Source: a virus (taxonomy: Duplodnaviria > Caudoviricetes). Taken from it: 62,920 nucleotides of DNA. A program made the translations under genes and the position numbers. This document shows positions 1 through 8,330 of the stretch, piece after piece; position 1 is the first letter of the stretch; each line of letters opens with the position of its first letter. The notes under the pieces were generated by a model. That model was not told the DNA's origin. It saw only the letters and a program-made list of their open reading frames with translations, and ran no database searches. The stretch spans positions 1 through 62,920 of IMG/VR virus record IMGVR_UViG_3300043391_000241; one strand, given 5' to 3'.

Positions 1-153
1 TTCCGTTGTCATATTTATGACACTCTTTCCGTTGTCATATTTATGACACTCTTTCCGTTGTCATATTTATGACACTCTTTCCGTTGTCATATTTATGACA
101 CTCTTTCCGTTGTCATATTTATGACACTCTTTCCGTTGTCATATTTATGACAC
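1..153. repeat. Tandem array, six copies of 26-bp TTCCGTTGTCATATTTATGACACTCT (last one partial), each containing the 16-bp palindrome
   Basis: Units start at 1, 27, 53, 79, 105 and 131; the array runs to the window edge. Confidence 0.97.
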
Positions 154-162
154 GCCCCGTCC

Positions 163-323
163 GTCAATTATTTTCTCCTATACAATATAAAAAGTCTTAT
201 TTAGAAGTCCTTCACTAATGTGTCCGACACATTAGTGAACAGCATTATGATAAGACTTTTTAACTTACAAAACGCAGCGACATATTAGTCACCGATAAAC
301 GCTAGGATTTCTGCGAACTATGA
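163..323. repeat. Dispersed ~160-bp repeat, copy 1, with a 73-bp nested palindrome (189-261)
   Basis: Near-identical to 60898-61058 and, in part, 21790-21902. Confidence 0.95.
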
Positions 324-366
324 ACCCCGATTCCTCGATCCCGAACCCTCGATCCTGTATCACACA

Positions 367-482
367 CCCGTATCCAGTAACACCTCGCCCGTATCCAGTA
401 ACACCTCGACCATCTTATCCCTCGCCCGTATCCAGTAACACCTCGACCATCTTATCCCTCGCCCGTATCCAGTAACACCTCG
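367..482. repeat. Iteron-like repeats: 21-bp CCCGTATCCAGTAACACCTCG x4 and 16-bp ACCATCTTATCCCTCG x2 (order A-A-B-A-B-A)
   Basis: A at 367, 388, 425 and 462; B at 409 and 446. Confidence 0.92.
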
Positions 483-520
483 CCCGTCCTCTGAAAATAC
501 TTTGCGATTCCTTAAAATAC

Positions 521-569
521 TTATTGACATTTCATGCATAATATGCTATCATATATGGACAGTTGAGAC
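521..569 (+). promoter_or_regulatory. Strong sigma70-type early promoter, copy 1
   Basis: TTGACA-17-TATCAT with extended -10 TG; downstream ATATGGACAGTTGAGA is shared with the copies at ~901 and ~2606. Confidence 0.88.
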
Positions 570-585
570 AGACTGTATGAAGACT

Positions 586-888
586 ATGAATACTAACTCC
601 ACTACCACCGCCCGTTGCTCCTTGTCGGAGTGTCATAAATATGACACCTCCCACAAGCGGCAGAGAAAAGACAACACTCGATCTGTGTGCGAACACCTCA
701 AAATGTTCCAACCCGAACGAGGAAAGACTCGAAACAACTGGTCGTATAAAGCGAAGCGTCCGCCCGAATCGAATAAGGCAAACGCTTTGTTCAATCGCCA
801 ACTCAAGCAATGGGATCGCGCCTGTCAGAAGGGCGACCTCAAAGCGATCATGCGGCTCGCCACTGCCAACCCTAAATTACTTGCCTAA
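586..888 (+). CDS. Hypothetical basic early protein
   Basis: In frame with ORF 502..888; actATG at 586 lies just downstream of the promoter. Confidence 0.5.
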   Translation: MNTNSTTTARCSLSECHKYDTSHKRQRKDNTRSVCEHLKMFQPERGKTRNNWSYKAKRPPESNKANALFNRQLKQWDRACQKGDLKAIMRLATANPKLLA

Positions 889-900
889 CCCTTAAGATTC

Positions 901-948
901 TTATTGACATTCTGTCCATAATATGCTATCATATATGGACAGTTGAGA
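901..948 (+). promoter_or_regulatory. Early promoter, copy 2
   Basis: TTGACA-17-TATCAT with the same conserved downstream block. Confidence 0.88.
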
Positions 949-980
949 AAGACTCTACTGCAAAACAACCTGTCATAAAT

Positions 981-1217
981 ATGACACAACCAATGAAACA
1001 TATGTATCCAATCCGTAAACTATCCGCCGCTTCCCGTAAGCGGGTCACCCGCAGAATCCTCAACCAGCTCCGCTACTTGCGGTGCTGGTACAGCGACGCA
1101 TTGGCAGAAGCCAATACAGCGGAGTTTGATGGCGATGTAATCGCCATGCTCCAACATGAGCAAGAGGCATCTGCCCTCGCTCTCGAAATCCGCGAGCTGG
1201 AAGGGAGGCTCGCATGA
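981..1217 (+). CDS. Hypothetical early protein
   Basis: ORF follows promoter copy 2; the ATG lies inside the palindrome. Confidence 0.7.
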   Translation: MTQPMKHMYPIRKLSAASRKRVTRRILNQLRYLRCWYSDALAEANTAEFDGDVIAMLQHEQEASALALEIRELEGRLA

Positions 1218-1369
1218 TCCCCGTATCCTCCATCCTGATCCTTGCGCTCGTCACCTTCGTGGCGCAAGCCGTGATGTTTGGCGTACTCCGCGCCGTTGTC
1301 TACACGCTGGCAATCGCAAGCGTGATCACCTTCTGCTGGCTAATGGTAGCCGCAGGACTCGTCCTGTAA
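1214..1369 (+). CDS. Small two-helix membrane protein (51 aa, MIPVSSILILALVTFVAQ...)
   Basis: Translated by hand; ATGA overlap with the upstream gene; almost wholly hydrophobic; ends just before a palindrome. Confidence 0.6.
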   Translation: MIPVSSILILALVTFVAQAVMFGVLRAVVYTLAIASVITFCWLMVAAGLVL

Positions 1370-1415
1370 TCTGTCATAAATATGACACAACTGAAACACA
1401 AACACACAAACTACT

Positions 1416-2135
1416 ATGTCATTACTCACATACGATAACGCGAAGACAACTAAAGGGGAGCCGTTAGGCTACCTCACAGGCATCTTGTATCTTGCACCCC
1501 ACAAGATCGCAGGACGCAATGTCTGTCCCAACGCAACGAAAGGTTGCGCCGCTGCTTGCCTCTACTCCGCAGGACATGGCAAGTTCTCCAACGTCCAGTC
1601 CGCAAGGATCGCGAAGACGAAGAAGTTCTTTGCCGACCCCAAAGCCTTCGTCGATGAACTACGCAAGGATATCTTTGCGCTCATTCGCAAAGCCGCGAGG
1701 ACGGGACTCATTCCATGCGTCCGCCTCAACGGCACAAGCGACCTGCCTTGGGAGAAACTCAAAGGCACGAACGGCATGACCCTCATAGAGGAGTTCCCGC
1801 ATCTCCAGTTCTACGACTACACAAAGTCCACGCAGAGAATGGTGGACTTCATCAACGGCGACTTGCCCGCCAACTACCATCTCACCTTCAGCCGTAGCGA
1901 GAAGGCTGGCATGGGTACTATCTACGCCGCTCTTCAGAAGAGCGGCGGCAATGTCGCGGCTGTCGTCAACGTGAAGCGCGGCAAGCCATTGCCTGCCTTC
2001 AGCGGCGGCTCACTTCTAGTTGATGGAGACGAACATGACCTCCGCTTCCTCGATCCGAAAGGATGCATCGTCGGCCTCCGCGCCAAAGGTGATGCCATCA
2101 AAGACACAAGCGGCTTCGTGCTCCGTGTAGCCTGA
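1416..2135 (+). CDS. Gp88-like phage protein (Cys-rich, radical-SAM-like)
   Basis: CPNATKGCAAACLYSAG, VRLNGTSD, FYDYTK, NYHLTFS and DGDEHDLRFLD motifs. Confidence 0.8.
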   Translation: MSLLTYDNAKTTKGEPLGYLTGILYLAPHKIAGRNVCPNATKGCAAACLYSAGHGKFSNVQSARIAKTKKFFADPKAFVDELRKDIFALIRKAARTGLIPCVRLNGTSDLPWEKLKGTNGMTLIEEFPHLQFYDYTKSTQRMVDFINGDLPANYHLTFSRSEKAGMGTIYAALQKSGGNVAAVVNVKRGKPLPAFSGGSLLVDGDEHDLRFLDPKGCIVGLRAKGDAIKDTSGFVLRVA

Positions 2136-2156
2136 AACCTAAAACCTGTCATAAAT

Positions 2157-2321
2157 ATGACACAATACGAAATCGATTCCGAAAGAGCGAATCTCCGCGC
2201 TCAGATCCTGATGGCTCGTGAACACGCAACCCGTACCAATGGGGAAATCCGTGAGGCTAACATCAGTCACATGAACGCCGCAATTGTGGCACTCCGCGAA
2301 CTCAATCACAAACTAAAATAG
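2157..2321 (+). CDS. Small hypothetical protein (54 aa, MTQYEIDSERANLRAQ...)
   Basis: Translated by hand; the ATG lies inside the palindrome at 2147. Confidence 0.55.
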   Translation: MTQYEIDSERANLRAQILMAREHATRTNGEIREANISHMNAAIVALRELNHKLK

Positions 2322-2414
2322 AACATATGAAAACTGCGTAGCTTACCGCATAGTTGTAGCGTTCAAATACAAACACATAACACATCATCACTGAATACTA
2401 AACCTGTCATAAAT

Positions 2415-2690
2415 ATGACCACTCAAACCGTATACATTTGTCAGAAGCTCCGACTCCACAACGTGGAATCCAACTTGCCCATCAACGCGAATGCGATCCA
2501 GTATCTTACTTCGCGTCAATCATCATGGGAATCCCCGCCGATTCTCTGCCGCGACATCATCTTGTATAAGCGCAAAGAAAAACCTTTGCTCAACAAGAAA
2601 AAGATGTTGACATTCTATTCTCTATATGCTATCATATATGGACAGTTGAGACAGGCATACCGCTTCATCTCAACTCCGAAGCTGTCATAA
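2415..2690 (+). CDS. Hypothetical protein (3' part overlaps promoter copy 3; doubtful)
   Basis: ORF starts inside the palindrome at 2405. Confidence 0.35.
   Translation: MTTQTVYICQKLRLHNVESNLPINANAIQYLTSRQSSWESPPILCRDIILYKRKEKPLLNKKKMLTFYSLYAIIYGQLRQAYRFISTPKLS
2606..2652 (+). promoter_or_regulatory. Early promoter, copy 3
   Basis: TTGACA-17-TATCAT followed by ATATGGACAGTTGAGACA. Confidence 0.85.
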
Positions 2691-2729
2691 ATATGACACA
2701 ACTGAAACAACAAACACCAACTAAATAAT

Positions 2730-3578
2730 ATGAATACTGAAGTAGGAATCCTAGTCCGCGTATCATTCGGCAAGTTCGCCCCGAAAGTGGCAAACAAGAA
2801 AGCATCACATGAATACGCTCATGCTCACGGCGCAGATGCCGCGATGCATAAGGCTCATATGCTCCTCGTATCTGAGGAGTACACTGCGCCCATCCAGAAG
2901 TTTGAGTCGGCAGTACGGCAGAACTTCGTCAACGTATATACCACTCCGTGGGAAAGAGGAGGATCGTCCCTGCTCCCTGCGAAGTGCATCGATACTTTCA
3001 TGACGCAAGTCGGTTTGCTCCGACAGGAGCATGATCGCCTCGTCGCAGAGTGGCTGGCTAAGTATGATGCCATCATCGAGGGCGCGAAGCAGAAGCTCAA
3101 CGGAGACTTCGATGCCCGCCGCTATCCCTCGCGTGAGGAAGTGTCACGCAAGTTCTACATGGAGGTGACGTACTCACCGCTTCCCGCCTCTGGAGACTAT
3201 CGCATCGATGTCTCTAAGGAACTGCTTGAGGAAGTCAAAGCGGAGACTGATCGCATCGCAGACGCTCGCTTCGCTGATGCCCGCCTTGAGTTGAGGCAAC
3301 GCCTCATCGACAAGCTTCAGCATCTGTCTGACAGATGCAAAGCTGTCAACGAGAACGACAAGGCAAAGTGGTACGAGTCGAACATCAGCAATCTCGTCGA
3401 TCTCTTCGACCTGATTCCGAAGATGCTGTTGGGCGATGACCCTGCACTTGAGCAGGCGATCCGTGATGCCCGTGCCATGTTGACTGGCATCGACTCCGAC
3501 ACGATCAAGTCCAGCGAGAACGTGCGTGATGACGTTCGCAAGAAAGCCGCGAGCATCATCAGCTCATTGCAATTCTAA
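2730..3578 (+). CDS. DUF3150-like helical protein
   Basis: TTPW-xx-GG-xLLP and YPSxEEV motifs; lies upstream of an AAA/VWA pair. Confidence 0.6.
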   Translation: MNTEVGILVRVSFGKFAPKVANKKASHEYAHAHGADAAMHKAHMLLVSEEYTAPIQKFESAVRQNFVNVYTTPWERGGSSLLPAKCIDTFMTQVGLLRQEHDRLVAEWLAKYDAIIEGAKQKLNGDFDARRYPSREEVSRKFYMEVTYSPLPASGDYRIDVSKELLEEVKAETDRIADARFADARLELRQRLIDKLQHLSDRCKAVNENDKAKWYESNISNLVDLFDLIPKMLLGDDPALEQAIRDARAMLTGIDSDTIKSSENVRDDVRKKAASIISSLQF

Positions 3579-3584
3579 TCTCAC

Positions 3585-3654
3585 AAACTAACGGGGGAAG
3601 CGCATCCGATCACGCTTACAATCTGTCATAAATATGACACTCTGAAATACAACT
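3585..3654 (+). repeat. ~70-bp intergenic repeat, copy 1 (small hairpin AAGCG...CGCTT plus palindrome)
   Basis: Matches 6321-6392. Confidence 0.92.
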
Positions 3655-3671
3655 ATATACTACACACTACT

Positions 3672-4739
3672 ATGTCTCATCCAGAAATTACATCCAACGA
3701 TATCGCCGCCGTACTTGAACGCTCCGCTCTCAGCGGCAACAAGAAAGTCCCACTCTTCTTAGGGGTATACGGCATCGGCAAGTCTTATCAGGGCAACCTG
3801 TTTGCACAGAAGACGGGCCGCGAGCTTGTCGATTACCGCCTGTCCTATCGCACCTTCAACGATGTCCGTGGATTCGGCATCCCGAATCGTGAGACGGGAC
3901 GCATGGAGTGGCTGACTGACGAGGACTTCCCGCAAGATCCGAACGGACGCTACGCCCTGCACTGGGAGGAACTGACTAACGCCATGCCCTCCGTCATGAA
4001 GGTCGCCATGCAAGCGATCCTCGACAGGCGCATTGGCAAGTACCACTTCCCTGAGGACACGATCATGTTCGCATCTGGCAACAGACTATCCCACAAGACT
4101 GGCGTTGAGCGTATGCTCGCCGCTCTCGCTGACCGCCTTGCCATCTACCATGTGCGACCCGATCTGGATTCCTATATGCGATTCCTTGAGACTCATGGCA
4201 AGTCCGCAGAAGTCATGGCGTATCTGTCCAGCAATCCGACTGCCACTTACGACTTCGACATTGCGAAGTGGGATGGCGAGTCCAACTTGCCGACGTTCCG
4301 ATCCTTCGACAGGCTCGACGATCTCGCCGCATCTTACACAGATACGAAGGAGATGGCTGCTGATCCCCTGCTCCGTGCACACGCCGCCTCATGTGTCGGC
4401 GCAAAGCACGGCGAGCAGTTCGCGCAGTACATCAAGCTGACATCTGAGGTAGGAGATGTCGGCAAGATGATCGACGAAGCAGACACTTGTCACATCCCCA
4501 ACGCAGTCGATATCAAGTGGCTCATTGCTTGCCGTTCGATTGTGCTTGCCAACAAGGAGAATCTCGCGCAAGTTCTGTTGCTCGCCCACCGACTGACTGA
4601 TCCAACTCGTAGCGAGCAATCGTTGCAAGCGATGGAGTCCTTCGTTGGCAACACTATCAAACGCAAGAAGCCAGATCTGATGCGCTCCAAAGCGATGATC
4701 GACTGGCACATCAAACATGGCGACACTCTCTCCAGCTGA
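3672..4739 (+). CDS. MoxR-like AAA+ ATPase
   Basis: Walker A GVYGIGKS, Walker B LHWEE, sensor ASGNR, Arg finger ALADR. Confidence 0.85.
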   Translation: MSHPEITSNDIAAVLERSALSGNKKVPLFLGVYGIGKSYQGNLFAQKTGRELVDYRLSYRTFNDVRGFGIPNRETGRMEWLTDEDFPQDPNGRYALHWEELTNAMPSVMKVAMQAILDRRIGKYHFPEDTIMFASGNRLSHKTGVERMLAALADRLAIYHVRPDLDSYMRFLETHGKSAEVMAYLSSNPTATYDFDIAKWDGESNLPTFRSFDRLDDLAASYTDTKEMAADPLLRAHAASCVGAKHGEQFAQYIKLTSEVGDVGKMIDEADTCHIPNAVDIKWLIACRSIVLANKENLAQVLLLAHRLTDPTRSEQSLQAMESFVGNTIKRKKPDLMRSKAMIDWHIKHGDTLSS

Positions 4740-5019
4740 ACTAGTAGACCAGATCCTGAATCATGAACCCCGATTCCCGTTCACTCAACGGCTATCAGGC
4801 AACTATGACTATGCGATCTGGTTCAGTAGATGGTTACGCACTATGGGTTCAAGTCACATGGTGCGTGACCTTACTTACTATTTAGTATCTGATGAAGTAT
4901 ATGAACTATGGAAGTGTCACAACGACACAATGAAACAACTAGCAACTTGTCATAAATATGAAACACAACGTAAAAAAAATGATCGACACAGCGATGGCAG
5001 TCATCACAAACCACTATGA
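4717..5019 (+). CDS. Hypothetical protein
   Basis: ORF fills the gap between the AAA and peptidase genes and overlaps both. Confidence 0.4.
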   Translation: MATLSPAELVDQILNHEPRFPFTQRLSGNYDYAIWFSRWLRTMGSSHMVRDLTYYLVSDEVYELWKCHNDTMKQLATCHKYETQRKKNDRHSDGSHHKPL

Positions 5020-6319
5020 CTTCTTCGCTCCTGCGGCGTGTGCCATGCCGTGGGTCGAAGACTATAGTGTGCCGACTGCCTGCACTAACGGACTCCGTGT
5101 CCGCTACAATCCCGACTTCGTAGCGTCGCTCGCTCCGCCCGCGATTATCGGACTGATCCTGCATGAGGTATGCCATCCGCTATTCGGGCATCTGGATCGT
5201 AGCAAGCACATGACTGACCATCACATGGCGAACATCGCCTTCGACTACGAGATCAACAATCTCATAGAGAAGTATAACAAGGAGGCATCCCGCAAGATCG
5301 TCCTTCCTCCAGACGGCTATGTCGATCTCGACAAGTACAAGAACGAGGCGGGCGAGGTTATCTATCGCAAGCTTCAGGAGGAGAAGGAGAAGGAGAAGGA
5401 GAAGGAGAAGGAAGATGGCGATGGCGATCCACAAGATGGCGATGGCAAGCCACAAGATGGCGATAGCGATGGCGATCCACAAGATGGCGATGGCGATCCA
5501 CAAGATGGCGATCCACAAGATGGCGATGGCGATGGCGATGGCGATGGCGATGGCGATGGCAAGCCACAAGATGGTAAGGGCAATGGCAAGCCACAAGATG
5601 GCAAAGGCAAAGCAGACAAGCCCTCATCCAGCGGGATGTTTGAGAAGTGTCCTGAGCCGAAGCAAGCAGAAGAAGTAGCCACTCGCTGGCGTGAGATCCT
5701 GTCTAGCACCATCCAGACTTCTCGCCTCCGTGGCAATGTGTCTGGCGACTTCTTGCAGAAGTTCTCTGAGTTGCTCGATCCCCCTGTCACGATGCGTGAC
5801 TTGCTTGAGAAGTATGTCTGCGACTTCGCCCTCGCAGATGACAGCACGAAGTCTGACAGACGCTGGCTTGCTAACCACGATATGTGTGTAGCAGGCATCG
5901 AGTCCGAACGACACGGCACGCTTGTATTCGTCAAGGATACGAGCGGATCTATCACAGACACAATCCTCAAGACTGCCTGTTCCGTGATTCAGGATGCCTG
6001 TAACACGCTCAATGCATCCCGTATCATTGTGCTGGATGTCGATGCCGCAGTGTGCGATGTCAATGAGTACCTGCCCAACGAGGAGATACCCGCCACTTGC
6101 AAAGGTCGCGGCGGCACAGACTTCAGGCCAGCCTTCAAGTGGGTCGAGGAGAATGCGCCTGATGCCCGTGTCCTGATCTATCTCACAGACGGATGGGGTA
6201 TGTTCCCATCAGAGACTCCCGACATTCCAACACTCTGGTTGTCGTGGGATCTCGAAGAGTCTGGCTATCCTTTCGGTCAAGTTGTCGCACTCGATGTGCT
6301 TAACAACGCAGCCGCCTAA
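4958..6319 (+). CDS. DUF2201-type metallopeptidase-VWA protein
   Basis: PTACTNG...YNPDF and HEVCH in the N-terminus; DG-rich linker; VWA-like DTSGS, GRGGTDF and YLTDG motifs. Confidence 0.88.
   Translation: MKHNVKKMIDTAMAVITNHYDFFAPAACAMPWVEDYSVPTACTNGLRVRYNPDFVASLAPPAIIGLILHEVCHPLFGHLDRSKHMTDHHMANIAFDYEINNLIEKYNKEASRKIVLPPDGYVDLDKYKNEAGEVIYRKLQEEKEKEKEKEKEDGDGDPQDGDGKPQDGDSDGDPQDGDGDPQDGDPQDGDGDGDGDGDGDGKPQDGKGNGKPQDGKGKADKPSSSGMFEKCPEPKQAEEVATRWREILSSTIQTSRLRGNVSGDFLQKFSELLDPPVTMRDLLEKYVCDFALADDSTKSDRRWLANHDMCVAGIESERHGTLVFVKDTSGSITDTILKTACSVIQDACNTLNASRIIVLDVDAAVCDVNEYLPNEEIPATCKGRGGTDFRPAFKWVEENAPDARVLIYLTDGWGMFPSETPDIPTLWLSWDLEESGYPFGQVVALDVLNNAAA
5378..5612 (+). repeat. Coding low-complexity repeats (GAGAAG)n, (GATGGC)n and CCACAAGATGGC
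   Basis: Encodes an EK/DG/PQDG linker. Confidence 0.9.
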
Positions 6320-6320
6320 A

Positions 6321-6392
6321 CAAACTAACGGGGGAAGCGCATCCGATCACGCTTACAATCTGTCATAAATATGACACTCTGAAATACAACTA
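6321..6392 (+). repeat. ~70-bp intergenic repeat, copy 2
   Basis: Matches 3585-3654. Confidence 0.92.
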
Positions 6393-6410
6393 CACAAATA
6401 ATACAACTAT

Positions 6411-7421
6411 ATGAAAGCAGAAGAAGTAATCGAAGCCGCCCTTAACTTGTCCCCTAAAGATGCGAAGTCATCCGCATTCAAGTGGGTCGCCAGCAAGCAG
6501 CTACTCGTAGCTACAAAAGTAAAAGAAGGTGCGCCGTATGTGATCATGGCACGTTTCGACGGAGTGACGTTTGTCCACTACGATATCGGCAAGTTCTCAG
6601 AACGCTATGCGGCTAAAAGTAAGTGGCGTGATGCAGTCAGTAAGATCAGCGAGACTGATCTCGTTATTGCATCTACTGCCTATAGTGAAGTGTATTCAGG
6701 ATACGCCCCTATCAAACGTAGGATGAGTAGCCACGCTTTGATGGCGACTATCCTTCGTCAGACATTCAACGCTGATGATTTCAATAGTCCTTGGGAATGC
6801 ACATGGGAGCATTTGCTGTGTGCTTATGCCAGTCAGTTCAACAAGTACCGCAACGACTTGTCAACTGGTCTGTCAGCGTTCCACTATAGCCCTGAACTAA
6901 AGAAGATGAATGCACGTCTCGTTAATCTGGACAGCGTTCTACGAGAAGGTACTGTCTACAATCTCAGAGAGAACTATGTACAACTAGAGCATGAGTTCTA
7001 TCAAGTGCTGAACAATCTTCGACGTATGAATAGTTTATCAAATATGCCGTACTCAAGGGAAGACGGCCACGCGTATGCTAGAACAAAGCTTCTTGTGCAA
7101 GCTTACCCTAATCTCAACGGCATACACTTAGGAGCGCGAGCAAAAGTACAAGACCTCATGCCGCACTGGCAGATCATGAACGGCGAGAAGATACTCTCGC
7201 ATTGGGACAAGTTGACTAACCTATTCAAACTGATGGGTCTTCCAGCACCTACTCCATTTGGCATTGACTTCACAGACGAGAACATTCCTGCGCTCTCTGC
7301 ATTGTACGATGCTGCAAAACATAACATGACCAACTATAGTAGTTGGTATCGTGAGACTAAGCTCGCGCCAACTGAGACTAAGCCTACTGCTAACACTGAA
7401 CCAACATCACTCCTCGCTTAA
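6411..7421 (+). CDS. Hypothetical protein
   Basis: 336-aa ORF after repeat copy 2. Confidence 0.8.
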   Translation: MKAEEVIEAALNLSPKDAKSSAFKWVASKQLLVATKVKEGAPYVIMARFDGVTFVHYDIGKFSERYAAKSKWRDAVSKISETDLVIASTAYSEVYSGYAPIKRRMSSHALMATILRQTFNADDFNSPWECTWEHLLCAYASQFNKYRNDLSTGLSAFHYSPELKKMNARLVNLDSVLREGTVYNLRENYVQLEHEFYQVLNNLRRMNSLSNMPYSREDGHAYARTKLLVQAYPNLNGIHLGARAKVQDLMPHWQIMNGEKILSHWDKLTNLFKLMGLPAPTPFGIDFTDENIPALSALYDAAKHNMTNYSSWYRETKLAPTETKPTANTEPTSLLA

Positions 7422-7422
7422 C

Positions 7423-7773
7423 ATGAACACACCAATCAACAACAACATGGACATCGACATCAAGAACCCGCTTCACGCCGCCGCTTACAAGATGGCCGCG
7501 CAGCACTTCCTCTCATCCGATCATGATGATTGGGATGCCGTCCGCTTATTTAATGCAATCACTTGCGATGAAGACAGCGACGACTGGCTGACGTGCGAGA
7601 TGGATCGCCAGCTCGTCTACCCGTGGAAGGGAATCGAAGCCGCTTGCGGTTGCCCCATGTGCGATCCGTGGGATGTCTTGCAGGAGTACATGATCTCGCT
7701 CGCGATGGACTTCGTCGCATTCGCTCAAGAACAAAACAAGTTTCAGCAAATGCTGAAACCCGCTAACATTTGA
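7423..7773 (+). CDS. Hypothetical acidic protein with a CGCPMC motif
   Basis: In frame with ORF 7351..7773; ATG directly follows the upstream stop. Confidence 0.7.
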   Translation: MNTPINNNMDIDIKNPLHAAAYKMAAQHFLSSDHDDWDAVRLFNAITCDEDSDDWLTCEMDRQLVYPWKGIEAACGCPMCDPWDVLQEYMISLAMDFVAFAQEQNKFQQMLKPANI

Positions 7774-7874
7774 ATAACCATGAACCCTGAAACCTGTACC
7801 CGTATTCTCGTCGCCCATCTCGCCGTCATGGCAGCATGGGCGGCGACCGCCGCATGGCTATTCGCAACTGAACT

Positions 7875-8054
7875 ATGAAACACTTAGTCCTCACGATACA
7901 CTCTGGATGGGTAAAGTACACGATGGGTGTATCCTCAGGGATGCATCCGATTGGCGACGACCTACCTTCACAAACCATTGACTACCTTCTCCGAATCCTT
8001 AATCCTGATTCCCATGAGGTTCACTATTACCCCTTAAACGAAACAACACTATGA
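7875..8054 (+). CDS. Small hypothetical protein (59 aa)
   Basis: Translated by hand; ATGA overlaps at both ends. Confidence 0.5.
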   Translation: MKHLVLTIHSGWVKYTMGVSSGMHPIGDDLPSQTIDYLLRILNPDSHEVHYYPLNETTL

Positions 8055-8329
8055 GATTCCCAAACATTGATCACGACACAGCAATCACGCTGGACATTAA
8101 CGGAGCAGATGTCTCCATCAAAGCACGACCAGAGAACAATCGCGTGAGCGGATGGGCAGTCATTGCCTTCACTCCCGCCTGTTCTCTCCGCTGCACGAAG
8201 ACACACAGAGACAACTTGCTCGACGGCTTCGCTGAAGCAATCGCCGCCGCAGTAGGTTCCTTTGAGGATGAAGATGCAGAGCGTATCAAAGAGGCGATCC
8301 TGTCCATCACGACTAACCCGCCTCGATGA
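8051..8329 (+). CDS. Hypothetical protein
   Basis: ORF with acactATG start context. Confidence 0.7.
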   Translation: MRFPNIDHDTAITLDINGADVSIKARPENNRVSGWAVIAFTPACSLRCTKTHRDNLLDGFAEAIAAAVGSFEDEDAERIKEAILSITTNPPR

Positions 8330-8330
8330 T

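Larger units (their letters stand above)
631..6376 (+). promoter_or_regulatory. Dispersed palindromic operator-like sites TGTCATAAATATGACA (nine copies)
   Basis: At 631, 971, 1372, 2147, 2405 (1 mismatch), 2683, 3624, 4948 (1 mismatch) and 6361; mostly at or just before gene starts. Confidence 0.85.

Noticed and set aside
1-153. CRISPR array
   Set aside because: The palindromic repeats are contiguous with no unique spacers, and no cas operon is present; DUF2800 is a common phage replication nuclease
189-261. Protelomerase telRL site
   Set aside because: Three copies rather than one, and no protelomerase or tyrosine recombinase recognised
409-461. DnaA boxes in the 16-bp repeats
   Set aside because: TTATCCCTC differs from TTATCCACA at three positions; too weak to call
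631-646. Host LexA (SOS) box
   Set aside because: Does not match the boxes I know: CTGT-N8-ACAG, GAAC-N4-GTTC or the verrucomicrobial TGTTC-N4-GAACA
1156-1467. Shared CHKYD peptide in several ORFs as a protein motif
   Set aside because: It is simply the translation of the DNA palindrome
5180-5970. Alternative-frame ORFs with AI, HR, MA and PS repeats
   Set aside because: Shadow frames of the GATGGC repeat in the peptidase linker
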